A model generated the notes under the pieces. That model was not told the DNA's origin and ran no database searches. It worked only from the letters and a program-made list of their open reading frames with translations. DNA of 64,000 bases. It comes from Selaginella moellendorffii (taxonomy: Eukaryota > Plantae > Lycopodiophyta). Below, in pieces: positions 1 to 10,589 of the stretch. The position numbers and the translations under genes are program-made. Each line of letters begins with the position of its first letter. The first letter of the stretch is position 1. The stretch is from contig NW_003314302.1 in assembly GCF_000143415.4 (NCBI RefSeq), positions 1,529,208 through 1,593,207 of the forward strand, written 5' to 3'.

Positions 1-1540
1 AACTGGAACTCTTGCACCAGTCGAGCAGTCCAGAGGAGAACAGTCGCAAGGCCGAGAGCTCGTCCGGGACACACTCGCCGACCAGCTCCGAATGGAGCGA
101 GACGTAAGTCGGTTCCTTTCACGTCGATGTCTTGCTCAAGGAATCTCTCCGGGTTGAATTTCTCAGGCTCGGACCAGACGGATGGATCGTGAGTGATGGA
201 CCACATGTTTACCATGGCCGTGGTGCCTGCAGGGATGTGGTGCCCGGCCAAGCTTACGTCGTGAATTGCCAGTCTTGCCCAAGAGAGCAGGGGACCCGGA
301 GGATGCATTCTAAGAGCCTCCTTCACCACAGCTTGGAGGTACACCATTTTGTTGAGGTCGGATTCGGCAACTCTAGATTTTCCAGCCAAGCTAATGATCT
401 CATCTCTCAACTTGCTCTGGATTTCAGGATGGAGGACGAGCTCTGCGACAATCCACTCGGTGAGAAGGGCAACGGTGTCAGTGCCTCGGAAAATCATCTC
501 CTGCGAAGCATTCAACATGTAAGCTGTGGAAACAAGAAACAAGAATAATGTCGGTTGCTTACCCAGAGAACTGCGATCATGTCGGCGTCTTCGAGCTTGT
601 CCTCACCATCCAGCGAGAGCAGCACATCCACAAAGTCAGGCTCGGCAGCTTTGGTAACCTGTTGGCGATGCTCGTCAATGATCTTCTGCACAAAGCTCGT
701 CACTCGGGGAACCAGCACAGCACAGCGTTGGAGGATGTTTTGCGGATCGACTGCCTTTAGAGCTGGCAAGTGATCGGCCCAGTTGAACGCACCGAGCAGC
801 TCGAATCCTTCCCTCACCATCTCAGAGAGCCGAGCAGCATCCTCAGAGCCATCCTCGAACCTCCTGCCGAACACCGTCTGCATGATGTTGTTAAGCGAAG
901 CTCGCTGGAGAAAGTCCCGGACTCGGACAAGGCCGTGGTTTTCCGCTGCAAAGGTACTCATCGCTTTGATCATCCTGCTCGTCTCCTCCTGACGAGATGG
1001 CTCGTGAGCAGCAATCTGGCGCGGAGAGAAGAGATAGTTGGAGGCGATCCTTCGCAAGTTACGCCAGTACTCTCCATAGGGAGCAAAGCCGATTGCTCGT
1101 CCAAAAAGGAGCTGCTGAGCCGACTGCTTGAGAGGCCTGTCCGCGAACTCGGAGCTGTTGAGCAGCTCTCGTGCCACTTCCGGCTTGCTGGTGATGATCA
1201 TCCTCGTGTTACCCAGGCTGAAGGCCATGAGCTCCTTCGCATGGTACTTCTCGGCAAGCTTGGCCAACTTTCGGTGAGCTTGGCCTCCCATCTCCGTGAG
1301 GACTCCAAGCACTGGCCATCCTCGGGGCCCCGGGATCGTCTGCTTCTTCCTCAGCGTCCTCCCCCATGCATTGCCACCGGGAACAAGCCAAGAAGCCAGG
1401 ATCGCCGAGACGGCAGCTACAACCAGCATGGCCAGAGCAGCAGCGACAACTCTCCATGCATGATCGTTGGCGTCGGCAGACAAATGCCGGGAACAAAAAG
1501 GCAGAGTGAGGATCCACCAATCAAATCCAGAAGACTCCAT
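1..1540 (-). CDS. Cytochrome P450, CYP78 family, copy 1 (3' end runs off the window); exons 563-1540 and <1-500
   Basis: PGPRGWP hinge, FADRP, AVLW|EMIFRGTDT split by a 62-nt GT-AG intron (501-562), ExxR, PERF, heme motif [10 protein letters not shown]. Confidence 0.93.
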
Positions 1541-1611
1541 GATCGCGATTGCGTTGAGGAGGACAGCCAGAGAAGAGCACGAGATGCTGCTCTTCGTTCG
1601 AGAGATGGTTC

Positions 1612-1620
1612 GTTTTATAG
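1612..1620 (-). promoter_or_regulatory. TATA box of CYP78 copy 1 (equivalent boxes near 3892, 49032 and 52965)
   Basis: CTATAAAA on the minus strand about 60-95 bp upstream of the start region, conserved in all four CYP78 copies. Confidence 0.7.
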
Positions 1621-2165
1621 TGGCAAGGAAGGAGTTATCCGGAAGTGCATGCTTGGAAATTATTGGCGTAGGAGCAGCATGCTCGAATTGGTAAGTGCCA
1701 ATTTCTAGTTCTGCTCTTCCATTTGGATTTTTCTCAAAAGTTTAACCTGTCACTACCTTTTGCAGACTTCCACCCGGTGAGTGGGAAGGAATGTCCAAGA
1801 TCTGTGGCACCCGCGCACATTGCTGCAGCAGTCTCTGTAGCGACTGGAGGGAGTTTCATTTTACATAGGCTGTGATCCAAAGGTACATCAAAGTTTGCTA
1901 TTGTAGTTATTGTCTATATAATATTGTAGATTTGTGCAACGTATATGAGCGAAGCTCTTCCTCCAGCAATCTAGTCCCTCATTGTTCGGCAGTGGAACCT
2001 CTATTCCAGGCCTCTGTCGGATTGGTGCCGTTAATTCGGTGACATGACGTTCATTCTCAAGCTGTTACACCGGTCACCTCCATTAAGTAACAAATTGCTC
2101 TCTGTTGCACAAAGAATTCTACTCAGTAGCACTGTCGTTTTATTTAAGAGCTTCAAACTAACGCG

Positions 2166-3803
2166 CTACAGCAACTTTGCTGTGCAGACAAGTGGTGCAG
2201 CCATTTCGCTGGACAGCTTGAGAACCTCAGTGAGATCCACGGGATGGGCTGGGTCGGTCTGGAACTCGAACTCTTGCACCAGTCGAGCAGTCCAGAGGAG
2301 AACAGTCGCAAGGCCGAGAGCTCGTCCGGGACACACTCGCCGACCAGCTCCGAATGGAGCGAGACGTAAGTCGGTTCCTTTCACGTCGATGTCTTGCTCA
2401 AGGAATCTCTCCGGGTTGAATTTCTCAGGCTCGGACCAGATGGAAGGATCGTGAGTGATGGACCACATGTTTACCATGGCCGTGGTGCCTGCAGGGACGT
2501 GGTGACCGGCCAAGGTTACGTCGTGGATCGCCAACCGAGCCCAAGAGAGCAAGGGACCCGGTGGATGCATCCTAAGAGTCTCCTTCACGACAGCTTGGAG
2601 GTACACCATCTTGCTGAGGTCAGACTCAGCAACTTCAGACTTTCCAGCCACGCTAGTGATCTCATCGTGCAACTTGCTTTGGATTTCAGGATGGATGACG
2701 AGCTCCGCGAGAATCCATTCGGTGAGGAGAGCAACGGTGTCAGTGCCTCGGAAAATCATCTCCTGTGAAATCACAGCATGGAAAACATCATGGAAGTCGT
2801 AAAACATTTTCGTTTTTACCCAGAGAACAGCGATCATGTCGGCGTCGTCAAGCTTGTCCTCGCCATCCAAAGAGAGCAGCACATCAACAAAGTCGGGCTC
2901 TGCGGTCTTGACCTCCTGCTGGCGGTGATCATCAATAATCTTCTGAACAAAGCTCGTCACTCGAGGGACCAACACAGCACAGCGCTGGAGGATGTTCTGG
3001 GGATCGACTGCCTTGAGAGCTGGCAAGTGATCAGCCCAGTTGAACGCACCAAGCAGCTCGAAGCCTTCTCTCACCATCTCAGCGAGCTCAGCAGCGTCCT
3101 CAGAGCCATCCTCGAACCTCCTGCCAAACACAGTCTGCATGATATTGTTGAGCGAAGCTCGCTGGAGAAAGTCCCGGACTCGGACAAGGCCGTGATTATC
3201 CGCTGCAAAGGTACTCATCGCTTTGATCATCCTGCTCGTCTCCTCCTGACGAGATGGCTCGTGAGCAGCAATCTGGCGTGGAGAGAACAGATAGTTGGAG
3301 GCAATCCTTCGCAAGTTACGCCAGTAATCTCCATAGGGAGCAAAGCCGATTGCTCGTCCAAAAAGGAGCTGCTGAGCCGACTGCTTGAGGGGCCTGTCCG
3401 CGAACTCGGAGCTGTTGAGCAGCTCTCGTGCCACTTCCGGCTTGCTGGTGATGATCATCCTCGTGTTACCCAGACTGAAGGCCATGAGCTCCTTTGCATG
3501 GTACTTCTCAGCAAGCTTGGCCAACTTTCGGTGGGCTTGGCTTCCCATCTCCGTCAGGACTCCAAGCACTGGCCATCCTCGGGGTCCCGGGATCGTCTGC
3601 TTCTTCCTCAGCGTCCTCCCCCATGCATTGCCACCGGGAACAAGCCAAGGAGCCAGGATCGCCGAGACGACGGCGACAACCAGCATGGCCAGAGCAGCAG
3701 CGATAAGTCGCCATGCATGATCGTTGGCTTCACCAGGCAAATGCCGGGAGAAGAAAGGCAGAAGAGTGAGGATCCACCAATCGAATCCAGAAGACGACCC
3801 CAT
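2166..3803 (-). CDS. Cytochrome P450, CYP78 family, copy 2; exons 2820-3803 and 2166-2762
   Basis: Complete P450 motifs; 57-nt GT-AG intron 2763-2819 at the same position as in copy 1; ATG at 3803 aligns with the paralogue starts. Confidence 0.95.
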   Translation of the reverse strand: MGSSSGFDWWILTLLPFFSRHLPGEANDHAWRLIAAALAMLVVAVVSAILAPWLVPGGNAWGRTLRKKQTIPGPRGWPVLGVLTEMGSQAHRKLAKLAEKYHAKELMAFSLGNTRMIITSKPEVARELLNSSEFADRPLKQSAQQLLFGRAIGFAPYGDYWRNLRRIASNYLFSPRQIAAHEPSRQEETSRMIKAMSTFAADNHGLVRVRDFLQRASLNNIMQTVFGRRFEDGSEDAAELAEMVREGFELLGAFNWADHLPALKAVDPQNILQRCAVLVPRVTSFVQKIIDDHRQQEVKTAEPDFVDVLLSLDGEDKLDDADMIAVLWVKTKMFYDFHDVFHAVISQEMIFRGTDTVALLTEWILAELVIHPEIQSKLHDEITSVAGKSEVAESDLSKMVYLQAVVKETLRMHPPGPLLSWARLAIHDVTLAGHHVPAGTTAMVNMWSITHDPSIWSEPEKFNPERFLEQDIDVKGTDLRLAPFGAGRRVCPGRALGLATVLLWTARLVQEFEFQTDPAHPVDLTEVLKLSSEMAAPLVCTAKLL

Positions 3804-4463
3804 GATGATCGAGTCGAGAATGCTTTGGGGAGGCAAGCCAGGGAGAAAAAGAGAGCCTGAGACACTGAGCTTGCTCCGGAGATGGTTCCGGTTTTATAGC
3901 GACGAGCAACGAGATTATCCAGAGCTGCATGCCTGGAAAAACTGTTGGCTGAGAACAAGAATCCCGGAAATGGTAAGTCTCTAAGGTAACAGAGCTTCTA
4001 CTTTTGCTCTTGTGTGGTGAGCTTCTACATTTGCTTGTGTCGTGGATTTCACTGCGGTTGTTGTTCTAATACTTTTCCTCTCTTGCTTTGCTTCAGGCTT
4101 TATTCCAGGGAACTTACACAGTGATGATCATCAAAAGCGGAGCAACGTCGTATTGTTCGTGCCAGTCCGGTGAAAAGCGTTTCACAGCCGAGGAGATCCG
4201 TAATGAACGCTCATATGCTTTCGTAAGCTGATCATATGTGTCGTCCTTGCTTGCTTTGCTAGGCGGCACAATGCAATCTAAGCGATGAATCTTTGCCGGG
4301 AGAAGGTTTTGTCTTGTTTTTCTGGAGATCTTCTCGTGTCTCATCGAATCGTCGTCCAACTAGCTTACAGGGAGAACAGTTTTTTCTGTCTCAACCTCCA
4401 AAAAATTATATAGAAGAGAGCTCTAACAACAGTTATTTGGAAAGAGAACTGTAAAGGATATTT

Positions 4464-4536
4464 TGCGGTGAGCGTGGATCGAATACGCGACCTTTAGATC
4501 TTCAGTCTAACGCTCTCCCAACTGAGCTATCCCCGC
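4464..4536 (-). tRNA. tRNA-Phe(GAA)
   Basis: GCGGGGATAGCTCAGTTGGGAGAGCGTTAGACTGAAGATCTAAAGGTCGCGTATTCGATCCACGCTCACCGCA; folds as a cloverleaf and closely matches plant cytosolic tRNA-Phe. Confidence 0.93.
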
Positions 4537-4692
4537 TTTTGTGATTCCTACTAATTGTATTTTATGCTTAGAGGGTTTTATTTACAAGGGCAAAATGAAT
4601 TTTAGGGTTTATGAGAAGTTCTCGACGTGGCAGGAATTCCCCGAAATATTTCTACATGTCGATTGATCGGTCGCGGAATCTAGGGTTCTAAG

Positions 4693-7007
4693 ATGAGCTG
4701 CTGCTCGATCCAGGCGCTTGGAACAGCAGCACCAGCAGCAGCCAGGTTTGATCTCCATTCTCATCGTGCTCGCCTGGAGCTCGCATTTCACACTCCATTC
4801 GATTTGCCGCCGGTAGCTCCTGTCCGGACATGCTCGCTAGGATTCTTCAAGAAGATCACATCGCTCGCCGGCGCTCCTGGAAATCCTTCCAAGCCGCGAG
4901 GGGAGTCGGGAAATCCGATAGAGTCCACTCCATTCACTGGCGCGGGCGGCGGCAGTGGCGGTAATCGGGGTAACAGCGGCAATGATTCTGGGTTCCAGGA
5001 ACACGATGGATGGGATTTCTCGCTCCCTTCTGGGAGAGTTAGTTCTTCCATGGTGGAAGAAACACAGGAAGAGGAATCATCGTCCTCGGTCCCGGCAAGG
5101 ATTAGAGCGTTCTACTGCGTAAATGTCGGTCCTGTTAGCGATGATCATGGGTGGAGAGCTTTCGCTAGGGAGGATGAACTGTGGGGGCCTTGTTTGCTTC
5201 CTTGCTTCGTCCAGGCTGATATCACGAGCCAGCTAGTGCGCCGGGGATGCTATGGTGATAGGAACACTTTGGTTTGGATCAAGGAAGAGGTGGAGAACTG
5301 GTATCGTCGACAGGGGTTTGGATTGGCCAAAGTGAGAGGCTTCACTGGATCCTCAACTGGAGTGTTATGCTGCAGGGTCAGCGAAGGAACCATCACTGAC
5401 ACTAGAGTTTCCTTCAAGGATGTGGAGGGTAATGCGATCCAGGGTCTAACTTCGAGAGAAACTATCTTTCGAGAGCTTCCACGAACTGTAAGTTCTTTCT
5501 CTCTTTTTGTTTTTCTTCTTGCGCTGGTTATTCATTCGTAGCTCGCTTCTTTTTTTTCTTTCTGTTGTTAGGTGATGGAAGGGATGCCTTACAACAGTAA
5601 TGCGATCAAGCAAGCACTGCAAAGCTTGCGGCAGCTCCAACTTTTTGAAAAAGTAAACGTGGATGTCAGGAGGAATGATCTGGATGGAGTTTCGCTTCGA
5701 TTCTTCATCCAAGAAAAACCGCAGGATGCGTGCGACTTCCAAACGGGATTGAGCTTCTTTTCTTCCGATTCTGGAAAACCGATCCTGGTATTGTTTTTGA
5801 ATCTCTCTTTTTTTGTGCTTGTCTAATTGGATGGCAGGCTTCGATTCGACCAGCTGGAACTCTGTCCGTAGAGCACCGAAACATTGCCGGGAAGAACAGA
5901 ACTCTGCATGGATCTATCAACTCAAACGATCTTTTGCGTCCTCAAGTAAGGTCGCAATTTATTTCCGCAGGAGCCAACATCTAGCTGTGACAACAGGATG
6001 ACTCTCAATTTAAGTTGGAGTATGCTCACCCGTATGTTGACGGCCCGAAAGACAAGATTTTTCGAGTCGGCTGTTACAATTCGAGGAAGCTGACGGCGGT
6101 TCTCTCGCATCCCACGAGTCGAGAGCAGACGCCTGTGGTTTGGGTGGACCATGCTGGGTTCAAAACAAGCATCACAGAGGTAAATCCATTGCGGAAACAT
6201 GGTGCTTTTCTCACTATTTCCCTTGCAGAAACTTTCCAAAGGGAGCAAGCTAGTTTACGGGTTCGTGGTAGAAGAAGTGTCAACACGGGACGTTCTTGGA
6301 CCGGTGCAAACGCCTGACGATCGAGACTTGTTATCAGATGGTATCGACCGCGTCCCGTTTCTCAATGTCAAGATCACTCGAGACAACACCCGTCTCGTGC
6401 ATGGTGCGCGAGTCGGGGCAATTGATACATTCCAGGCAAGGCGTTTATCATTTTAATATTTTGCCTCGCTCAAAGTTTCATGCTGCTCTCACTCTCACAG
6501 GTTGATCAAGGTGTCGGCCTTGGCAGCAAGACGACGTCGTTTTTCAACAAGCACCTCCTCTCGACGACGAGATTCTTGCCGCTGCCTTCCACTACTCCCG
6601 ACTCCTTTCCGCTGGTGATTCTCCGAGCACGCTATGGTGGCATGTTGGGGATGGCTCCAAGCTATCTAGCTTTTGCAAATCCTCGCGCTTCAAACGCAAG
6701 CTGCTGGAGCTTTTTCGAGGTAATACCACCATTTCTTTCGTTCCTTCGCAGTAAAACTTCGTATGCTTTTGCTCGTCTCAAGCAGCTAATGGCCGAAGCG
6801 CGCGTTCCAATCCGGAGGCAGCACTACGCTTACAGTTATGTCGAGTCCTTCGCAGCTCTCGATCGAGGAGTAAGGTTTTGGAGGAACGAAGACACTGGGA
6901 TCCTTTTGGGGCTGGGTGTAAAGGTGGGTGAGATTCGCGCGGAGTACGTGTTTGATTCGTCCACGAGGACGGGGTCTCTAAACGTCCAAATGGGAGACCG
7001 GGTTTGA
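4693..7007 (+). CDS. Divergent Toc75-like Omp85 beta-barrel protein; exons 4693-5487, 5572-5787, 5838-5945, 5997-6179, 6229-6435, 6501-6719, 6786-7007
   Basis: Transit-peptide-like N-terminus with Gly stretch (GAGGGSGG), POTRA-like EVENWYRRQG, LEYAHPY..NSRKL..WVDHAG, QVDQGVGLG and C-terminal RAEY..GDRV, all aligning by eye with Toc75; splice phases are consistent. Confidence 0.85.
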
Positions 7008-7284
7008 TATTCTCAGAATGCGCCACCCGCGATTCTTCCAATCCTCTTTTGTGTACGTTCAAAACGAGAAAATTAGTTGAGAGGATCTCAATTTGGCACT
7101 CATTATTGCTATATAACAATATCAATTGTGCTTTAATTTCTTGCAAAGTTCTCAATGCTCAAGATTATTTTTCTGCTTGCTTTTCTTCTTCTCTTGACAA
7201 TCACCTGCCAGGGGTTTGGCCCAGGCCGCCATGGTTTTAGGCTCGACATACAGAGAAAGCGCTACTTTCATTCGTATCAACTTG

Positions 7285-8647
7285 CAGCACTATCGGCTGT
7301 GACTTACGCTACTCTCAGCCAATTTTGATCCAGAGATATGTGGTTTAGCTAGCTAGCGTTTACCTGTTTGTCCACATATTTGTGCAGGATACCCGGGATT
7401 TCCCTCAAAGGTACTTACTTCGATGACTGAAATTTTTACAAGTTTTGCTTGCTACTTTCATAAACTTTTCTTATAACTTTGTAGGATTTAGCTCGACAGT
7501 TTAAGGCAGGTGTGGTAACACTTGAACACCGTTACTATGGCTACAGTTTTCCATCAAAAGACTTCAAATATTTGACCGTAGAGCAATCCTTGGCTGATCA
7601 TGCTGCATTTATTGAATACTACCAGGTACGTGATTTACAAAACGTTGCAAACTACCTAGAAACTGGTTGGTTCTTCTTTAGACATTTATAAATAAAAAAT
7701 GCAATAAGCATGCAAACAAGTGGATTGTTATTGGGGGTTCATATTCTGGTGCTCTAAGTGCTTGGTTCAGGCTTAAATATCCTCACTTGGTTGTTGGTAG
7801 CTGGGCTAGTTCTGCAGTTGTGGATGCTATACTCGATTATAAAGCCTTTGATAAGCAGGTCTGTTTGTTTCTCTATTGACTAATTTGCTCAAATGAGATT
7901 TGATAATCCAGATAGGAATTTCTGCCGGCCTTGAATGCGCTCAAGCTTTGCGGAAAATCACTGACCTTGTTGAAATTGGCCTAAGAGAAAATGCCACTAA
8001 CTTGAAATCCTTGTTTAGTGCACAAGAGGTACTTATTGATTACTAAGCAATTGCATTATTTTATTTTACAAAACAGTTGGAAGATGACGACTTTAGTTCT
8101 TTTATTGCTGATGGTGCATCTTTTTCGGTATGAGAATTGTTTTTTTCTTTTGTTTATGCTAACATATTTTATCTTAACTAGATATTATATGGACAGTCTG
8201 ATATCCGTTGCTCCAATCTTCTAGATGCCAAGAATGACAATTTGAAACTGGTAGTGAGTCAAATCCGTTCATTTTCCTAGATATTAATCTTTTGTGGAGA
8301 AATGAGATTTGCAAATTTACGATAGATATTTATGATGTAAAAATTCTAAAAGAGAAGGCTTTAAAGATGGACATTAGTGAGGTAGCCATCGACGTAGACA
8401 AGGTCATTATTGAAAGAATAGATAAAGTGCGACCAAGAAGGAGCCTGCCTACAGAGAATGTCAAAGTTGCGAACTAGCAAATGAAGCATACCATTTTTCA
8501 AAAAGCGCTCAAATTTCAGATCTTTGAGCTTGGGCGGTAATATGCTGGATCATATCTAAGTTGGAATTATCAAATTTGAACACAGCTTGGTTTATTCCAA
8601 ACTTATTGTGATGTTGGAGGGATCCATTCTAAACGCTTAAATATCCA
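7285..8647 (+). pseudogene. Serine carboxypeptidase S28 (PRCP-like), N-terminal part, with frameshifts and stops
   Basis: [47 protein letters not shown]; frameshift near 8097. Confidence 0.85.
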
Positions 8648-8741
8648 GTAAGTTTATCTTTTTCTTGTTGATATCTTGTTCAATCAATTGAAATAACAAA
8701 ACATAGTGTTAACATTAATTATGAAAACTGTTTATAAATGT

Positions 8742-9023
8742 TCAATAATTTATGTATTTCCAATTCCAGGAAGGAGGACATACACATTTGTAATTGTGAT
8801 TGCATGGAAGATTTGCATAACAACCCGATGTTCCTGGTCCACAATATGCACCACAAACACATAATAATTTGGTGCACATCCCTGCAAGACAATCCATACC
8901 ACTGTTACAATCAGAATTAGTGTTACAACTTTTTCCACATCCAGGCAATTGCTTAGCATGAATACAGATATGGTTAGTATTAATAATGGATGAAAGGAAA
9001 ACTAGAAGAAAAAACACTCTCAT
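8742..9023 (-). CDS. Small secreted cysteine-rich peptide (93 aa, 12 Cys in the mature part)
   Basis: Hydrophobic N-terminus MRVFFLLVFLSSII followed by CGKSCNTNSDCNSGMDCLAGMC...CVC; uninterrupted ORF inside an AT-rich island. Confidence 0.7.
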   Translation of the reverse strand: MRVFFLLVFLSSIINTNHICIHAKQLPGCGKSCNTNSDCNSGMDCLAGMCTKLLCVCGAYCGPGTSGCYANLPCNHNYKCVCPPSWNWKYINY

Positions 9024-9654
9024 TCTAGCAATCTCATGTTTTGAAAACATAAGAACAAAGTCTTTTGTTTTAATAAAATGCATTGTAAATAAAATTAATC
9101 ATTGTAGGACAATGTTATTTTGTTTTATAAATAATATGTATTGCATTACAAGAAGGGAAAAACAAAATCTTGGTTTTACATCACTAGAAACAAAGTTTTT
9201 TTTTTTTTTACATAATACTGTATTGTATTACATTTTATCACTGTAGACAAAATAAGACATCTTGATGAATAATTATTAATTTTTTGTATACTTATAAATG
9301 ACACTTGTTGAATTACTTAAAAATAGAAAAAATCATTAATTTAAACATAAAACAACAAAAAGTTAAAAAATACAATTAGAAAACTGAGCTCCTCTCATCA
9401 TCTCTTATCTACATAATATAAATTAATATTTTTTAAATTTTATAGTAAGAAAAGTTTTTCAATTAAGTTGTATAAATATTTTTTAAATTATATAATATAT
9501 TTGCTATTGTTGATGCTGACTAAATTCAAAAAACTTGCTAATGATATGGATCTTATTTATAAATAGAAATATATCATTATGACTTTAAATATTATTTAAA
9601 ACAAACTAGTTTCACCAAATTATTCATTTGTTAATGTTTATGATTTGATCTTGG

Positions 9655-9810
9655 TTAACATAGACTAAAATCGTATTGAGGTGTAAATGTTTTTGGATCT
9701 AATTGAGCATATATGGAAAGGTGCAAGTGATTCCATTTTCCAATATCTGTGCCATAACCACAGAAAAAACCCCATATTTGGTTTGGGTTGTAATTTTATA
9801 GTTACAACTC
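9655..9810 (-). pseudogene. Internally deleted PLAT/LH2 (ATS3-like) domain relic
   Basis: CNYKITTQTK..GTD joined to NGITCTF.IYAQLDP..TPQYD; nucleotide homology with 25706-26107. Confidence 0.55.
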
Positions 9811-10589
9811 CATATATAATCATGGAAGAAACATTCTATAACCTTGATCAATATGTATCTTATAAGAACCAAGATACATAGTACAAAATTCTGATGTTTG
9901 GTGTGTCTACAATTTAGATGTAAAACTTTCTAAAGAAATTTTATTCTAGTTTGACTAATTGAGCTTAATGTTTATGTGGTAGTAGGAAATAAACTTAAAA
10001 GTAGAATAGTGTTATGGACAATAAAGTTATGAATACATACACTAAGATAAACCTGCCTATGCATTTTCTTATTACACACACTACTCATATTCTGAGCAGC
10101 TGGAGCTCCATAGGTTGTGATAATTTGAATATACTTATTGTAGCTGGTGACACTAACAAAGGATCTTGTACTAAAAAATCAAACCTGGCAGACACAAAAA
10201 CTCTCAATAAACTCTTTGGGTGTAGCTTGGACAATGCAAGGCAAATAGACACAATGGAGGATTTCTAACTTGGCCACTCACATCACCATTCCTATTGATC
10301 TTAAATGTGTACAAACAAGCATTTAGGAAATAAACTTGAAGTTCTTTGAGCTCACTGGGGAGCTGTTTGTACGAGGAACAAGAACTGTTTTCCGAACAAG
10401 ATGTTTTCTCTTGGAAAACCGAAGAACTCTTACAAGGACACGGTACAAGGAAAACCGAAGAACTCAGATTCTTTGTGGTGAGACTCAAATGTAGCATCAG
10501 GACATCTGGATATTCTGTTAGGGGTTTTGGGAGGAATATGCTTTACACTCCCGCCATTTCGTTGGGGGACTAGGGTTTTAGGCGATGCG

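Noticed and set aside
521-531. miR396-like 11-mer (TTCCACAGCTT) in the CYP78 intron
   Set aside because: Short partial match with no precursor structure
770-3860. Long antisense ORFs over the CYP78 genes (770-1708, 2778-3860, 48099-48851, 52152-52913) and over the PPRs
   Set aside because: Expected shadows of GC-rich codon usage, shared only because the paralogues are recent duplicates; no domain signal
4114-4359. 81-aa ORF downstream of tRNA-Phe
   Set aside because: Non-ATG start and no recognisable features
7285-8647. Carboxypeptidase next to CYP78 as an AMP1/PLA3-type pathway partner
   Set aside because: It is a serine S28 enzyme, not the M28 glutamate carboxypeptidase family, and it is a pseudogene
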